Source: Candidatus Bathyarchaeia archaeon (GTDB taxonomy: Archaea > Thermoproteota > Bathyarchaeia > Bathyarchaeales > Bathycorpusculaceae). From it: 64,000 bases of DNA. The position numbers were made by a program, and so were the translations under genes. Positions 20,938-30,091 of this stretch are shown here, piece by piece; position 1 is the stretch's first letter, and each line of letters opens with the position of its first letter. A model generated the notes under the pieces. That model had not been told where the DNA came from. It did not search any database and saw only the letters and a list, made by a program, of their open reading frames with translations. The stretch covers positions 14,652-78,651 of the forward strand of contig JAVZLS010000005.1 in the NCBI GenBank assembly GCA_038883715.1, written 5' to 3'.

Positions 20938-21417
20938 ATGCCACATGTGGCAATTGAATATGTGATTATGGTTCCAGTTTTGGTAGCGCAGATATTTCTG
21001 TTCCCGTTGATGGCGACCACCTTAACAAATATCTATGTTGAATCTAGGAGGAGGCTGGCGGCTGAGACGGCTGCCAGTCGCTTGGCAAACTCAATTCAGC
21101 AACTCTACTTTTCTCTAAACCACGAGTCAATTCCGCCAGGAACGGTGACTTTTGATCCTGGCTTGCCCAGGTACATTGATAGCTATCATTATGTTGCGAG
21201 GGGGGAGTTAACGCCCATAAGGGAGGGTGGGGCGGCTAGGCTGAATATTAATTTGAGTGTTGTAGGACTGGGCATTAAAGTGTCAGCTTATGTCACTCTT
21301 GGACCTAATGTGAGCTGGGACTCAAGTTCTGTTTTTATTAGCAACTCTACGAACGCGTGTGTTGAGGTGACTAAGGATTCAAGCGGCGCTTTTTATTTCC
21401 GTTTTGGAGGTGGCTAA
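20938..21417 (+). CDS. pilin-like protein without a basic leader
   Basis: MPHVAIEYVIMVPVLV N-terminal hydrophobic helix; GAGGGTG RBS; inside the pilus operon. Confidence 0.65.
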   Translation: MPHVAIEYVIMVPVLVAQIFLFPLMATTLTNIYVESRRRLAAETAASRLANSIQQLYFSLNHESIPPGTVTFDPGLPRYIDSYHYVARGELTPIREGGAARLNINLSVVGLGIKVSAYVTLGPNVSWDSSSVFISNSTNACVEVTKDSSGAFYFRFGGG

Positions 21418-22650
21418 ATGGTAAGTGCAACCATTGACCATCTGGTTGCAACAACCGTTCTCATAGTGGCTTTCACCCTTTTCATGGGCTTATTTGGACA
21501 AGTAATGCATGATGCGCTTCTCTATCAGTTTCACATGCACCTCGCAACCAAATGCAGCGACACCCTTGACAACATATTGCTTAGCTTTGGGGACATGCCC
21601 GGCGTTTTTGGGCTGGGTGATTATAACCTTGAACCCTACACTCTAGACTCCTACCTGGTAATGAGGTTGTTGTCTGCTTCAGGTCCCCTTGTGGAGTATC
21701 CGCCTGGTTCTGGGATAAAATATAGCAACATATCTTTTGGCGCTGGGGACTACTTGTTGGTTCCTGTGAGCGAGTGCATAGATTATGAGACTGCTCAAGA
21801 ACTACTTGGTTTGAAGGGGATGTATGGTTTTAGATTGTCGTTAACCCCGATAATCCGAATAAGTTTTGCTAACATCCGAACGGGCAGTGGCGGAAAATCA
21901 ATAAGTTTTACCGTTGTCGTTGAGGGGTCCGGCTCGCCTGTTGGCAATGCAAATGTAACATGTAGGCTTCTCTATGTAAGCGGAGTTGACAATGAAACTG
22001 GTTGCCCTATAGCTGGTTTAAGTAGCATGTCAAGAACTACGGATTTGAATGGAAAAGCTCAATTCACTTTCAGCAATGTTGATGTTTCCAAAAACTATGT
22101 GATTGTTGCAAGCGCTAGAGTTGGAAGCTTCTATGGTGTTGGCTACATATATAAGCAAGCCTTAACAAAAGCTGGAAACATCATCCCCTTCATCGAGAAC
22201 ATGGAAACTGGCATGATAATACTTGCCCACTCATACGACGTGAAGCAATTTGATAGTCAATCCGATCTAAAATACACGGCATTCTATTACACCATAGACG
22301 CTAATTGGGGCTTAGTAAATGTTCCCTTACTTGGAAACTATAGCGGCCACTTAAATTATGCTGCTGGCACTCATGGGAAAACTTTCAATCGAACGCAGAT
22401 TCCAGAGGAGTATCTCAGCATGCCTGGGATTCTTGTTGTAGTTTGCCGTACTGGCAACGATTATGGCGTCACCGTTATGCCTTGGCAGGTTCAATCCTTA
22501 AGCTTTAGTGTGGAGTTTGGGGGTAACCCTTATGGTTGGGAGTGGGTTGCCACTGATGTTAGGCATGTTTTGATTGGCGGTGTCCCCTATATGGCGAAGC
22601 TTGCCCTCTGGAGTTTGACGGGCTATCAGGTGGTTAGGTATGGGTGGTGA
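21418..22650 (+). CDS. pilus-locus protein with pilin-like N-terminal helix
   Basis: MVSATIDHLVATTVLIVAF; abuts the previous stop codon; beta-rich body. Confidence 0.65.
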   Translation: MVSATIDHLVATTVLIVAFTLFMGLFGQVMHDALLYQFHMHLATKCSDTLDNILLSFGDMPGVFGLGDYNLEPYTLDSYLVMRLLSASGPLVEYPPGSGIKYSNISFGAGDYLLVPVSECIDYETAQELLGLKGMYGFRLSLTPIIRISFANIRTGSGGKSISFTVVVEGSGSPVGNANVTCRLLYVSGVDNETGCPIAGLSSMSRTTDLNGKAQFTFSNVDVSKNYVIVASARVGSFYGVGYIYKQALTKAGNIIPFIENMETGMIILAHSYDVKQFDSQSDLKYTAFYYTIDANWGLVNVPLLGNYSGHLNYAAGTHGKTFNRTQIPEEYLSMPGILVVVCRTGNDYGVTVMPWQVQSLSFSVEFGGNPYGWEWVATDVRHVLIGGVPYMAKLALWSLTGYQVVRYGW

Positions 22651-22657
22651 ATAAGCC

Positions 22658-24034
22658 TTGATGAGGACTATTGAATCCATAATCGTTATTATAATAATGT
22701 TGTCAGCCTTCTTCATAGCCTCCTATCTTATAATTCTTCCGTCGCCCAGGGCTGTTTCCCCTTTTAATCTTAGGGCTTTGGCTCTCACAGTTGTAAAAAA
22801 TCTTGACACTGGTAGATATTTAAGCGAGGTCGCCTTCTCCGACGACGACAGCAAGTGGAATGAGTTTCAAGCCGTCCTTTCAGCAAGCCTTCCGCCCCAC
22901 ATAGCCTATAACTTGACGGTTTATGAAATTAGTGAGAGTGGAGTTTATGTTCCTGTTAAAACAATCTCCAACGCTATTGGAAATGTTGCCTTCACCGAAT
23001 CCATATCCTACATGGTCAGTTCTCCAGACGTCACCTACAAGACGGTTGCCCAGAAAATTTCAGAAGGCGGCAAAAACCTAACATTATACATATTGAATTG
23101 CGCCGACGCCAACGGATGGTGGATTACGGGTTATACGGCGCAAATGCTAGCCCAAGACGTCTACAACCTACTCAAACCATACTTCGAAACAATAATTCTA
23201 GTAAACAGCACATCCCAGCTACTCAGCCTACTGGATGGAATAAAGCTGACATCAAGCCCAGCAGAAAGCGTCACAGACGCCATAATAATAAACACTTTCG
23301 GCGAAGTGGTACCAATCCCAATAGAGTATACAGAAGGGCGCTCCCGCGCAAACCAAGGTTATGATTCTTCTCAACGCTCTTATGCTCTTTACTGTCATAC
23401 GCTAGGCAAAAAGGTTAAGCAGTACAATTGGAAATGGATTAGCATTGTTGGCTACCCATTCTTTTACGTGACAAACACTGTTAGATTTTACAATGTACAA
23501 AATGGCTACGGAATATACGGGATAGTCAGCGTTGGTGCCGCCGGCCTAAACGCTTTTCTGCAAGGATTAAACAACGAGAGCTATGCTTATGATTCAACAT
23601 GGATAACAAAGGATATAACCGCAGATTATGGCGTGCAGGTCCAATTTACATCAGAAGCCTACTATCGCGCTAACTATTATGGAATTTACCCAGCATCAAA
23701 ACAAAGTGCAAGCAGAGCGCTTCCAGGTCCAGGAGCACAATATAGCATTACAAGCCGATATAACCTTGGAGTGTATGCTCCTGTTTTCAATCCTGTTTTA
23801 ATTCCGCCTAATCCATCACACCCGGAGTATGGGTATTATGCTGCTGCAACTTTTAGGCATAACAGCGGGAAAGGCGCCTTAATAGCTATAGGCTTGACGA
23901 GAACGCCAGACATTAGAATAGCCGCCCTAGCCCTTCTGATGTACTACAAGCCGAACATTTTCAAAGAGACTTTCACAGCTCCGGGAAAGTCTAGGCTCAT
24001 AATTTTGCAGTTGGCAGCTTTAGGAGGCGTTTAG
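22658..24034 (+). CDS. pilus-locus protein with pilin-like N-terminal helix
   Basis: MMRTIESIIVIIIML; tightly packed in the operon. Confidence 0.65.
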   Translation: MMRTIESIIVIIIMLSAFFIASYLIILPSPRAVSPFNLRALALTVVKNLDTGRYLSEVAFSDDDSKWNEFQAVLSASLPPHIAYNLTVYEISESGVYVPVKTISNAIGNVAFTESISYMVSSPDVTYKTVAQKISEGGKNLTLYILNCADANGWWITGYTAQMLAQDVYNLLKPYFETIILVNSTSQLLSLLDGIKLTSSPAESVTDAIIINTFGEVVPIPIEYTEGRSRANQGYDSSQRSYALYCHTLGKKVKQYNWKWISIVGYPFFYVTNTVRFYNVQNGYGIYGIVSVGAAGLNAFLQGLNNESYAYDSTWITKDITADYGVQVQFTSEAYYRANYYGIYPASKQSASRALPGPGAQYSITSRYNLGVYAPVFNPVLIPPNPSHPEYGYYAAATFRHNSGKGALIAIGLTRTPDIRIAALALLMYYKPNIFKETFTAPGKSRLIILQLAALGGV

Positions 24035-24035
24035 A

Positions 24036-26405
24036 ATGCGTAGTGCTGTTAAGGGACAGTTTTCAATAATTGCCGCCGCTTTGTTAACCATAATTCTCAT
24101 ATCCGCTGTTGCCGTCACATACTCAATAATTAACTTTTCACTTCCCAAGGAGCAAACCAACGTTTCATCATCGGTTTACGAAATTAACAATTCTTTGAAG
24201 CAGATGCTGGAGTTCGCTGTTGGCTATTACTGTTCTGTATTGCAGGTGACTGGCAATTCATCCTTTGCCCGAAGTCTAGCACGAGATTACCTTAACAGCG
24301 GTTTCGAATTTATTGCAAATTCGCATCCCGAGCTTAATCCCTCTATAAGGATTTCTGATATGAACTTTTCAGTTCGCTGGTATGAAGCCTCAAGCTACAG
24401 TATGGGCTATCTTAAAGCATCCTACGACTTGTTAAGACTACGCCTAAGCAACATAAACTATGACACTTTCTGTGCTCTAAGAGTTGAGATAACTGAAGTT
24501 ACAGACAACACAGCAAAAGTTAACGTCACACTGGACGAAACCCGCCCGTACCTTGGGCTAGCCGCTGAAAACTTCCTATTCTACTACTATGATAATGCAA
24601 CTTCTAGCTGGATGAAACAGCAAGCCTCAAGTTTTAGGAGCGAAAATAACCTCTACTTTTTAGGGATTCCACAAAGAGTTGAAAAAAAATGCTTCCTATT
24701 AGAAGTTTCAGACCCTAGAGGAATAATCGCCATCAACTTCTATTCAACACGTAAAAAGCCCCAAATAACCTATGTTTTCAACTGGAACGCTACAGGAATG
24801 CAAAGTATCTACACCCAGCTCAAAAACGACAAAATTGTTGTTGAAGTTCTCCAGAATGGGACGTTATTATGGCTTGGACAGAAGCTTCTAGATGGGTATC
24901 CCATCCCACAATTGCCAATTAAGTGCCTAAGAGTAAGCGCAAACGCAGACCTAAACCATCTGGAAGCCAAACAGATACCCTTCCAAGTTGAGGACTGGGC
25001 ATCCAACTACAAAGTCCCCCTTGGCAGGAGCAGCGGTGAAACACTGTTTTCGAGCAGAAACATGATAGTCTTCCTAGTAGACCACAACGTAAAAAATGTG
25101 ACCATATGGTGGGATGGAAGAGACAACGCCCAACAAACACCCTACGCAACAATGAGAAGTTTCAATGACAAAATAGTAAGCACCGGTGGCGGCTGGGCGG
25201 TGGCAGTCTTAAGTAATGGCGTAATTCAGTTGAACATAACCTATAACAGCGGTAGTGGATCTTTCTATGTTGTTACTTCAACAAGCAGAGCTGACTTCAT
25301 GCAAATAAACGGGCATTCGGCAAAATTCTATGCTTCACCATCCTTCCCCATAATCAATGGCACTGTAAGGGATATTATACAACAAGAGGCTGAATGGTCA
25401 GGCTACAACAATTGGGGCTTTCCAAACACGTACGCCCAAATAGTTTTAACTTTCCCAGCAAACACGACATACTACACATACGCCTTAAGGCTGATTTTTG
25501 TAAACGCTTCAACATGCCCAGAAGATAGGGTAATAACTAACCTCACTCCAATAACAATTTCAAGCGATTGGAAGGCGAGGCTTAAGGTTTTAACTGAAAA
25601 CGGTACAAGCAATGGAATCCCCTTAGCAGTTGAGACGTATGTAGGTAGCTATGCCTTCTACAATTTCTCTGATGGAAAGTGGCAACACCATTGGACCCAA
25701 TATAACTATACGAGTAGTACTGGCGCAGGAGTAATGTTCACCACTTTAGGCAATATGAAACTTTACTTCTTCGACAAGATTGCTAGACCAAACACAGGAA
25801 TCTTAAACGTAACCACCACAGGACGATGGTTGACGCCAAGTTCGGTACACAGCAGCTGCGGCTACTCAGGTAGCAATACTGCCGACCGCTCCATAGATGG
25901 GCGCACCTCGACTTATTGGCAGCATAACGCTCAATGCTATCACTGGATAGTCTATGATCTGGGCTCGTCGATGACTGTTTCAAGGATAAGAATTTTCCAG
26001 CCGAGCGGCAGCACTTATGATTGGGGCGGCGCAGCTGGCATAGAAGTTTACGTTAGCAACAACCCTTCAAGCTGGGGCTCTGCCGTATGGAGTGGGACCG
26101 TTGCCGGCGATAGCTGGGTTCATAGTGGAGCTTTTCAAGCTCAAGGCAGATACGTGAAGCTAGTGAGCAAGAGCAATTCTGCTGACCAGCGGTTGTATGA
26201 ATTGCAAGTGGAAGTACAGCCATTTCAGAATGCCATTGAGGTTTCGCCTGTTAAACTTCAGTCAGCCTCCTTTAATTTTTCGCTCGATATCACATGGTTT
26301 GGTGCTGTTGTGACAATTCAGTCTGGCACCGACTTCATTTATAGGAATGGTGTTGGTTTGTGGGTTGTTGTTGAGCATCCTCCAAAGGTGGAGGTAATCG
26401 CTTAG
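24036..26405 (+). CDS. large minor pilin/adhesin with class III signal peptide and a discoidin (F5/8 type C, CBM32-like) domain near the C-terminus
   Basis: VKG|QFSIIAAALL; IDGRTSTYW...WIVYDLG...IEVYVS...GRYVKL...LYELQV discoidin pattern. Confidence 0.75.
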   Translation: MRSAVKGQFSIIAAALLTIILISAVAVTYSIINFSLPKEQTNVSSSVYEINNSLKQMLEFAVGYYCSVLQVTGNSSFARSLARDYLNSGFEFIANSHPELNPSIRISDMNFSVRWYEASSYSMGYLKASYDLLRLRLSNINYDTFCALRVEITEVTDNTAKVNVTLDETRPYLGLAAENFLFYYYDNATSSWMKQQASSFRSENNLYFLGIPQRVEKKCFLLEVSDPRGIIAINFYSTRKKPQITYVFNWNATGMQSIYTQLKNDKIVVEVLQNGTLLWLGQKLLDGYPIPQLPIKCLRVSANADLNHLEAKQIPFQVEDWASNYKVPLGRSSGETLFSSRNMIVFLVDHNVKNVTIWWDGRDNAQQTPYATMRSFNDKIVSTGGGWAVAVLSNGVIQLNITYNSGSGSFYVVTSTSRADFMQINGHSAKFYASPSFPIINGTVRDIIQQEAEWSGYNNWGFPNTYAQIVLTFPANTTYYTYALRLIFVNASTCPEDRVITNLTPITISSDWKARLKVLTENGTSNGIPLAVETYVGSYAFYNFSDGKWQHHWTQYNYTSSTGAGVMFTTLGNMKLYFFDKIARPNTGILNVTTTGRWLTPSSVHSSCGYSGSNTADRSIDGRTSTYWQHNAQCYHWIVYDLGSSMTVSRIRIFQPSGSTYDWGGAAGIEVYVSNNPSSWGSAVWSGTVAGDSWVHSGAFQAQGRYVKLVSKSNSADQRLYELQVEVQPFQNAIEVSPVKLQSASFNFSLDITWFGAVVTIQSGTDFIYRNGVGLWVVVEHPPKVEVIA

Positions 26406-26439
26406 TGCGAAACTTACTTGAAATCTACATTGAGGGTTC

Positions 26440-26456
26440 ATACAAGTTAAATAAGT
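26440..26456 (+). promoter_or_regulatory. TATA box upstream of the major pilin
   Basis: ACAAGTTAAATAAG lies in the 92-nt gap before the ATG at 26498. Confidence 0.45.
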
Positions 26457-26497
26457 ATTCTTCAGATTTCATAAACCAGCAGAAGGTGCAAAACATC

Positions 26498-26947
26498 ATG
26501 AAACCCAAAACTCTCCTAAAATCTAGAAGGGGTATATCCCCAATCCTCGCAACCCTCCTGCTCATAGTAATAGCCGTAGCAGCCATAGTCGTCACATACG
26601 CATGGATAATGATATACATGCGCGGCGCAGGACACCAGGCTGGCATACAACTCAACATAGAGGCTGTGAACTGGCCGGACAGCAACACCATCAAATTATA
26701 TGTTAGAAACACGGGAACATCAGACGCAACAATAGGTACAGTCTATGTGGGTAAATCTTCAGAAAATCTTGTGCCGCAAAGTAATGTAACTTTCAACCCA
26801 AATAGTAAGGTTGTTGCAGCTAATGGAGGAACTATAGAGATAACGATCACTTATCAGTGGGAGCCTCAAACAACATACTATTTCAAGGTTGCTCCATCAA
26901 CCGGACCGGCAGCGGAAGGCAGCGCCAAATCACCAGCATCACCATAA
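26498..26947 (+). CDS. archaeal type IV pilin (probable major pilin)
   Basis: KSRRG|ISPILATLLLIVIAVAA canonical archaeal class III signal; YVRNTG motif. Start reassigned to ATG 26498 behind an AGAAGGTG RBS. Confidence 0.88.
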   Translation: MKPKTLLKSRRGISPILATLLLIVIAVAAIVVTYAWIMIYMRGAGHQAGIQLNIEAVNWPDSNTIKLYVRNTGTSDATIGTVYVGKSSENLVPQSNVTFNPNSKVVAANGGTIEITITYQWEPQTTYYFKVAPSTGPAAEGSAKSPASP

Positions 26948-27025
26948 ATCCCCTCAAAATTTTAAGTTTTTAAATTCAGCTTTCGTTAAGTGTTATAAAG
27001 TACTTTTCTAAACCCAAAATAAGCA

Positions 27026-27847
27026 GTGACTAAAATGCAAGCCCTCATCGAAGCCACCAAAATAGGTTTAACAACATTTTTCCTATTTTATGCTTCTTGG
27101 AGCGACTACAAAACGCGTGAGGTAAGCAATAACGTCTGGGTTCTTTTTGCTCCACCAGCTTTCGCACTAACTTTTGCTGAACTTTTCCTTTTCGACCTTG
27201 ATGCCCTAATCTTCTATGGCTTATGCTTCGGCTTAACATCAGCCTTCGCCATAATCCTCTTCTACGCCGGGGGCTTCGGTGGGGCGGACGCCAAAGCTTT
27301 GATGTGCTTAGCTTTGGCTTTTCCCTTCTATCCATTAGAGCTTCTAAAACCCTTAATGGGCGAAGCCTCACCAATAATGAAAATGTTTTTTCCAGTAACG
27401 GTTTTCAGCAATTCTGTTATTTTGGCAGCTCTAACAGCCGTATACCTACTATTCCATAATCTTCTATGGCGTATAAGGACTGGCAACCCACTCTTTGAGG
27501 GGGAACAACGAGAAGCGTCAATAGGTAAAAGGCTTTTGGTTCTTGCAACTGGCTATAAGGTTCCCATTAAAAAGTTGAAGGAAAAATGGCATATATACCC
27601 CTTAGAAGACGTGGAAAACACAGAGGAAGGCGAAGTAAAAAGGAAGCTTCTGGTTCTGCCAAAAGATGAGGAGAGAGAAGCCATAGTAAAAAGGCTGGAA
27701 AAGGCTGTTGAGGATGGAAAAATCCGAGAAAAAGTTTGGGCGACGCCTGGACTGCCAATGCTAATTTTCATGACTGCCGGCTTAGTCTTAGCTCTGGTTT
27801 ACGGAGACGTTGTATGGGCTTTAGTCCGCCTTTTTATTGGAGGATAG
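27026..27847 (+). CDS. prepilin/preflagellin peptidase (A24, PibD/FlaK-like)
   Basis: ASWSDYKTREVSN, FGGADAK and VWATPGLPML motifs. Confidence 0.9.
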   Translation: MTKMQALIEATKIGLTTFFLFYASWSDYKTREVSNNVWVLFAPPAFALTFAELFLFDLDALIFYGLCFGLTSAFAIILFYAGGFGGADAKALMCLALAFPFYPLELLKPLMGEASPIMKMFFPVTVFSNSVILAALTAVYLLFHNLLWRIRTGNPLFEGEQREASIGKRLLVLATGYKVPIKKLKEKWHIYPLEDVENTEEGEVKRKLLVLPKDEEREAIVKRLEKAVEDGKIREKVWATPGLPMLIFMTAGLVLALVYGDVVWALVRLFIGG

Positions 27848-27904
27848 CGTTCAAAAGAGTTAATTCTGTTCGGTTGGCAATACATTGTTTTGGAAGGATA
27901 AAAC

Positions 27905-29014
27905 TTGCTGGACAAATATTTGGACGAAGTTAAGAATTTTCTAAAAAACCAGCAAAGAGAAGTTGAAGTCGTTGTAATGCCAGACTTCTTTCTTGACAGG
28001 TTTGTAAACGTGAACACAAGCCCAGACCACCTTTTTAGGATAGTTGTGGATGTCGTGGAAAGGAAGGGCGGAAGCATAGACGGAATAAGCCAAAAAGAGT
28101 TTAGGGGTGGAAACGCCATAAACACCGCTGCTGCTTTGGCAAGTTTAGGCGTAAATGTCACGCCAATAGTTTGCACAGACAAGCTCGGGCTTCAACTAAT
28201 CAAATTCTATGCGAAATCGCCAAAAATCAACTTAAAACATATAAAAATTGTGGAAAAGCCCTCAATAACAACAGCCCTAGAATTCGAAACGGATGGTGGC
28301 AAAGTTAATGTCATGCTTAGGGATGTCGGCTCATTGGCAGGTTTTGGACCGCTAAACCTAGACGCTGAAGACTTTGAAGCTATAGAAAGGGCTGATTGCA
28401 TTTGCGTTTTCAACTGGGCTGGAACAAGGAAATATGGCACTGAACTAGCTGAAACCGTTTTCCACCACGCCAAAGTGAGAGGACAAGGCAAAACCTATTT
28501 TGACCCAGCCGACCCCACCCCAAACAGGGAAGAAGCCAAAAAACTGCTTGATAGGGTTATGAAAAGCGATTTGGTGGACGTTTTAAGCCTAAACGAGAAT
28601 GAGGCAGTCTTTTTCGCCTCGCTTCTGAAGGGGAAAGCTGAAAAACCAGAGAAAGGCATGAATTTTGAAGAGTTGGCAAGAGAGTCCGCAAAGTTTTTAG
28701 CTTCCCATTTAAGGGTGAGGATAGACCTCCACACGACAGAGTATTCTGCAACATTCACAAGGAATAAAGAAACACTTGTTCCAGCCTTCCATGTTCGTGT
28801 TTTGAGGGCGACCGGCGCTGGAGACGCTTGGAATGCTGGAAACATACTTGGAACGGTTTACGGGTTGAGCGACGCTGTTAGGCTTACGTTGGCTAATGCT
28901 GTTGCAGCCTACTACATATCAAACCCGGAAGGCAAACACCCAACACGAAAAGTGCTTTTCAAGTTCTGTGATAGGCTTAAGGGCATGTGGAAGACCAAAA
29001 CAGATAAAAATTAG
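27905..29014 (+). CDS. PfkB/ribokinase-family carbohydrate kinase
   Basis: GGNAINTA, LNENEA and ATGAGDAWNAG motifs. Confidence 0.85.
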   Translation: MLDKYLDEVKNFLKNQQREVEVVVMPDFFLDRFVNVNTSPDHLFRIVVDVVERKGGSIDGISQKEFRGGNAINTAAALASLGVNVTPIVCTDKLGLQLIKFYAKSPKINLKHIKIVEKPSITTALEFETDGGKVNVMLRDVGSLAGFGPLNLDAEDFEAIERADCICVFNWAGTRKYGTELAETVFHHAKVRGQGKTYFDPADPTPNREEAKKLLDRVMKSDLVDVLSLNENEAVFFASLLKGKAEKPEKGMNFEELARESAKFLASHLRVRIDLHTTEYSATFTRNKETLVPAFHVRVLRATGAGDAWNAGNILGTVYGLSDAVRLTLANAVAAYYISNPEGKHPTRKVLFKFCDRLKGMWKTKTDKN

Positions 29015-29049
29015 AACGGGCAAAAGAGCATCAGCTTGGAGACTTTAGC

Positions 29050-29244
29050 ATGCCGACGGAAATCTTCGACATAGACAAATTCGTTGAAATAAGTGAGAGA
29101 GCAGAGTACTGCGCAGTCAAGCGCCTAAAAGACGTTGTAAAACTGAAGCTTCGCACACCAAAAATGCTCTACACCCTAAGGGTTGAGCCTTCAAAGGCTG
29201 AAGAAGTTATAAAGAAGCTCGGATGTGAAATCCGCGAAATATAA
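29050..29244 (+). CDS. rpl38e: ribosomal protein eL38 (L38e)
   Basis: MPTEIFDIDKF...VKLKLRTPKMLYTL...KAEEV follows the eL38 pattern MPxxIxxxxxF...KxKxRxxxxLYTL. Confidence 0.82.
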   Translation: MPTEIFDIDKFVEISERAEYCAVKRLKDVVKLKLRTPKMLYTLRVEPSKAEEVIKKLGCEIREI

Positions 29245-29249
29245 AATTT

Positions 29250-30026
29250 CTAACGCTTACTTTTATAGTAGGCTTGAATTCCACTATTTATGTCTAATAA
29301 TGCTAAAGTGGCTTTAACTTTAAGCTCAAAAACTACGTAATCATCTTCCACAAATAATGGTATACCGTTCAATGCTTCAAGCACAATATCTGGAGCCGCG
29401 GAATCCAAGTCAACAATGTCAACTTTATCCTCTTTAACATTCAAGGCTTTCGCCAAGTCCACGGCAAGCTCTCCCAAATCATACAAGTCATGAGGCTTTC
29501 CAAAATACACAGAAATGTCATAATCGCCCTTCAAAGAGTATCCTTTGGTTCTGCCACCGAACAAAAACGCCGATTTCACCCTTCCTTTGAACACTTTTCG
29601 CAGATTTTTCTTCGAGATGTTTAAGGCTGGGGGGTCTATTTTTTTCCCTTTTAAACCCTCCTTAAGTGTTCTGGCTATTCTCGGAGCATCTTTCACGAGT
29701 TTTCTTGCGGAACCCATCACTAGGCTTCTGTCAACTGTTGCGTATGCATGTACTAAGATGTTCCTCATACCAGCCATAGACTTTAAAACTTTAGCGTCCT
29801 TTTCGTCTAAGAGGTTTAGGTCTGCTAACAGTGCGCCTATTTCCCCATATACTTTAGGGGTTCTACCTCCTACGGCTGAAATTGCCATAACCCCTAGGTC
29901 AAGAAGCGCTTGTATTGTTAGTTGTACAAGCCTTTCCGTTCCCCTGTAACTTTTTTCGCTTTTCAGCTCTTTTACAAGCTCTGTTAATTGCTTTACCTGC
30001 TGGTCTATTCTTTCCATTATTTTCAA
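29250..30026 (-). CDS. HEPN (HepT/DUF86) ribonuclease fused to a minimal nucleotidyltransferase (MNT)
   Basis: N-half ERLVQLTIQALLD...RNILVHAY (Rx4HxY); C-half FLFGGRTKG...DYDISV...KVDIVDL. Confidence 0.82.
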   Translation of the reverse strand: MKIMERIDQQVKQLTELVKELKSEKSYRGTERLVQLTIQALLDLGVMAISAVGGRTPKVYGEIGALLADLNLLDEKDAKVLKSMAGMRNILVHAYATVDRSLVMGSARKLVKDAPRIARTLKEGLKGKKIDPPALNISKKNLRKVFKGRVKSAFLFGGRTKGYSLKGDYDISVYFGKPHDLYDLGELAVDLAKALNVKEDKVDIVDLDSAAPDIVLEALNGIPLFVEDDYVVFELKVKATLALLDINSGIQAYYKSKR

Positions 30027-30091
30027 TTATTATCCCGGCGTTTCAAAGCTACATTAAATTAATGGCGTTGCTCTTTATTTATTTGCTGTAG

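Noticed and set aside
16735-27847. Archaellum (motility) operon
   Set aside because: No ArlH-like ATPase, ArlF/G or chemotaxis genes in the locus; the pilin is short.
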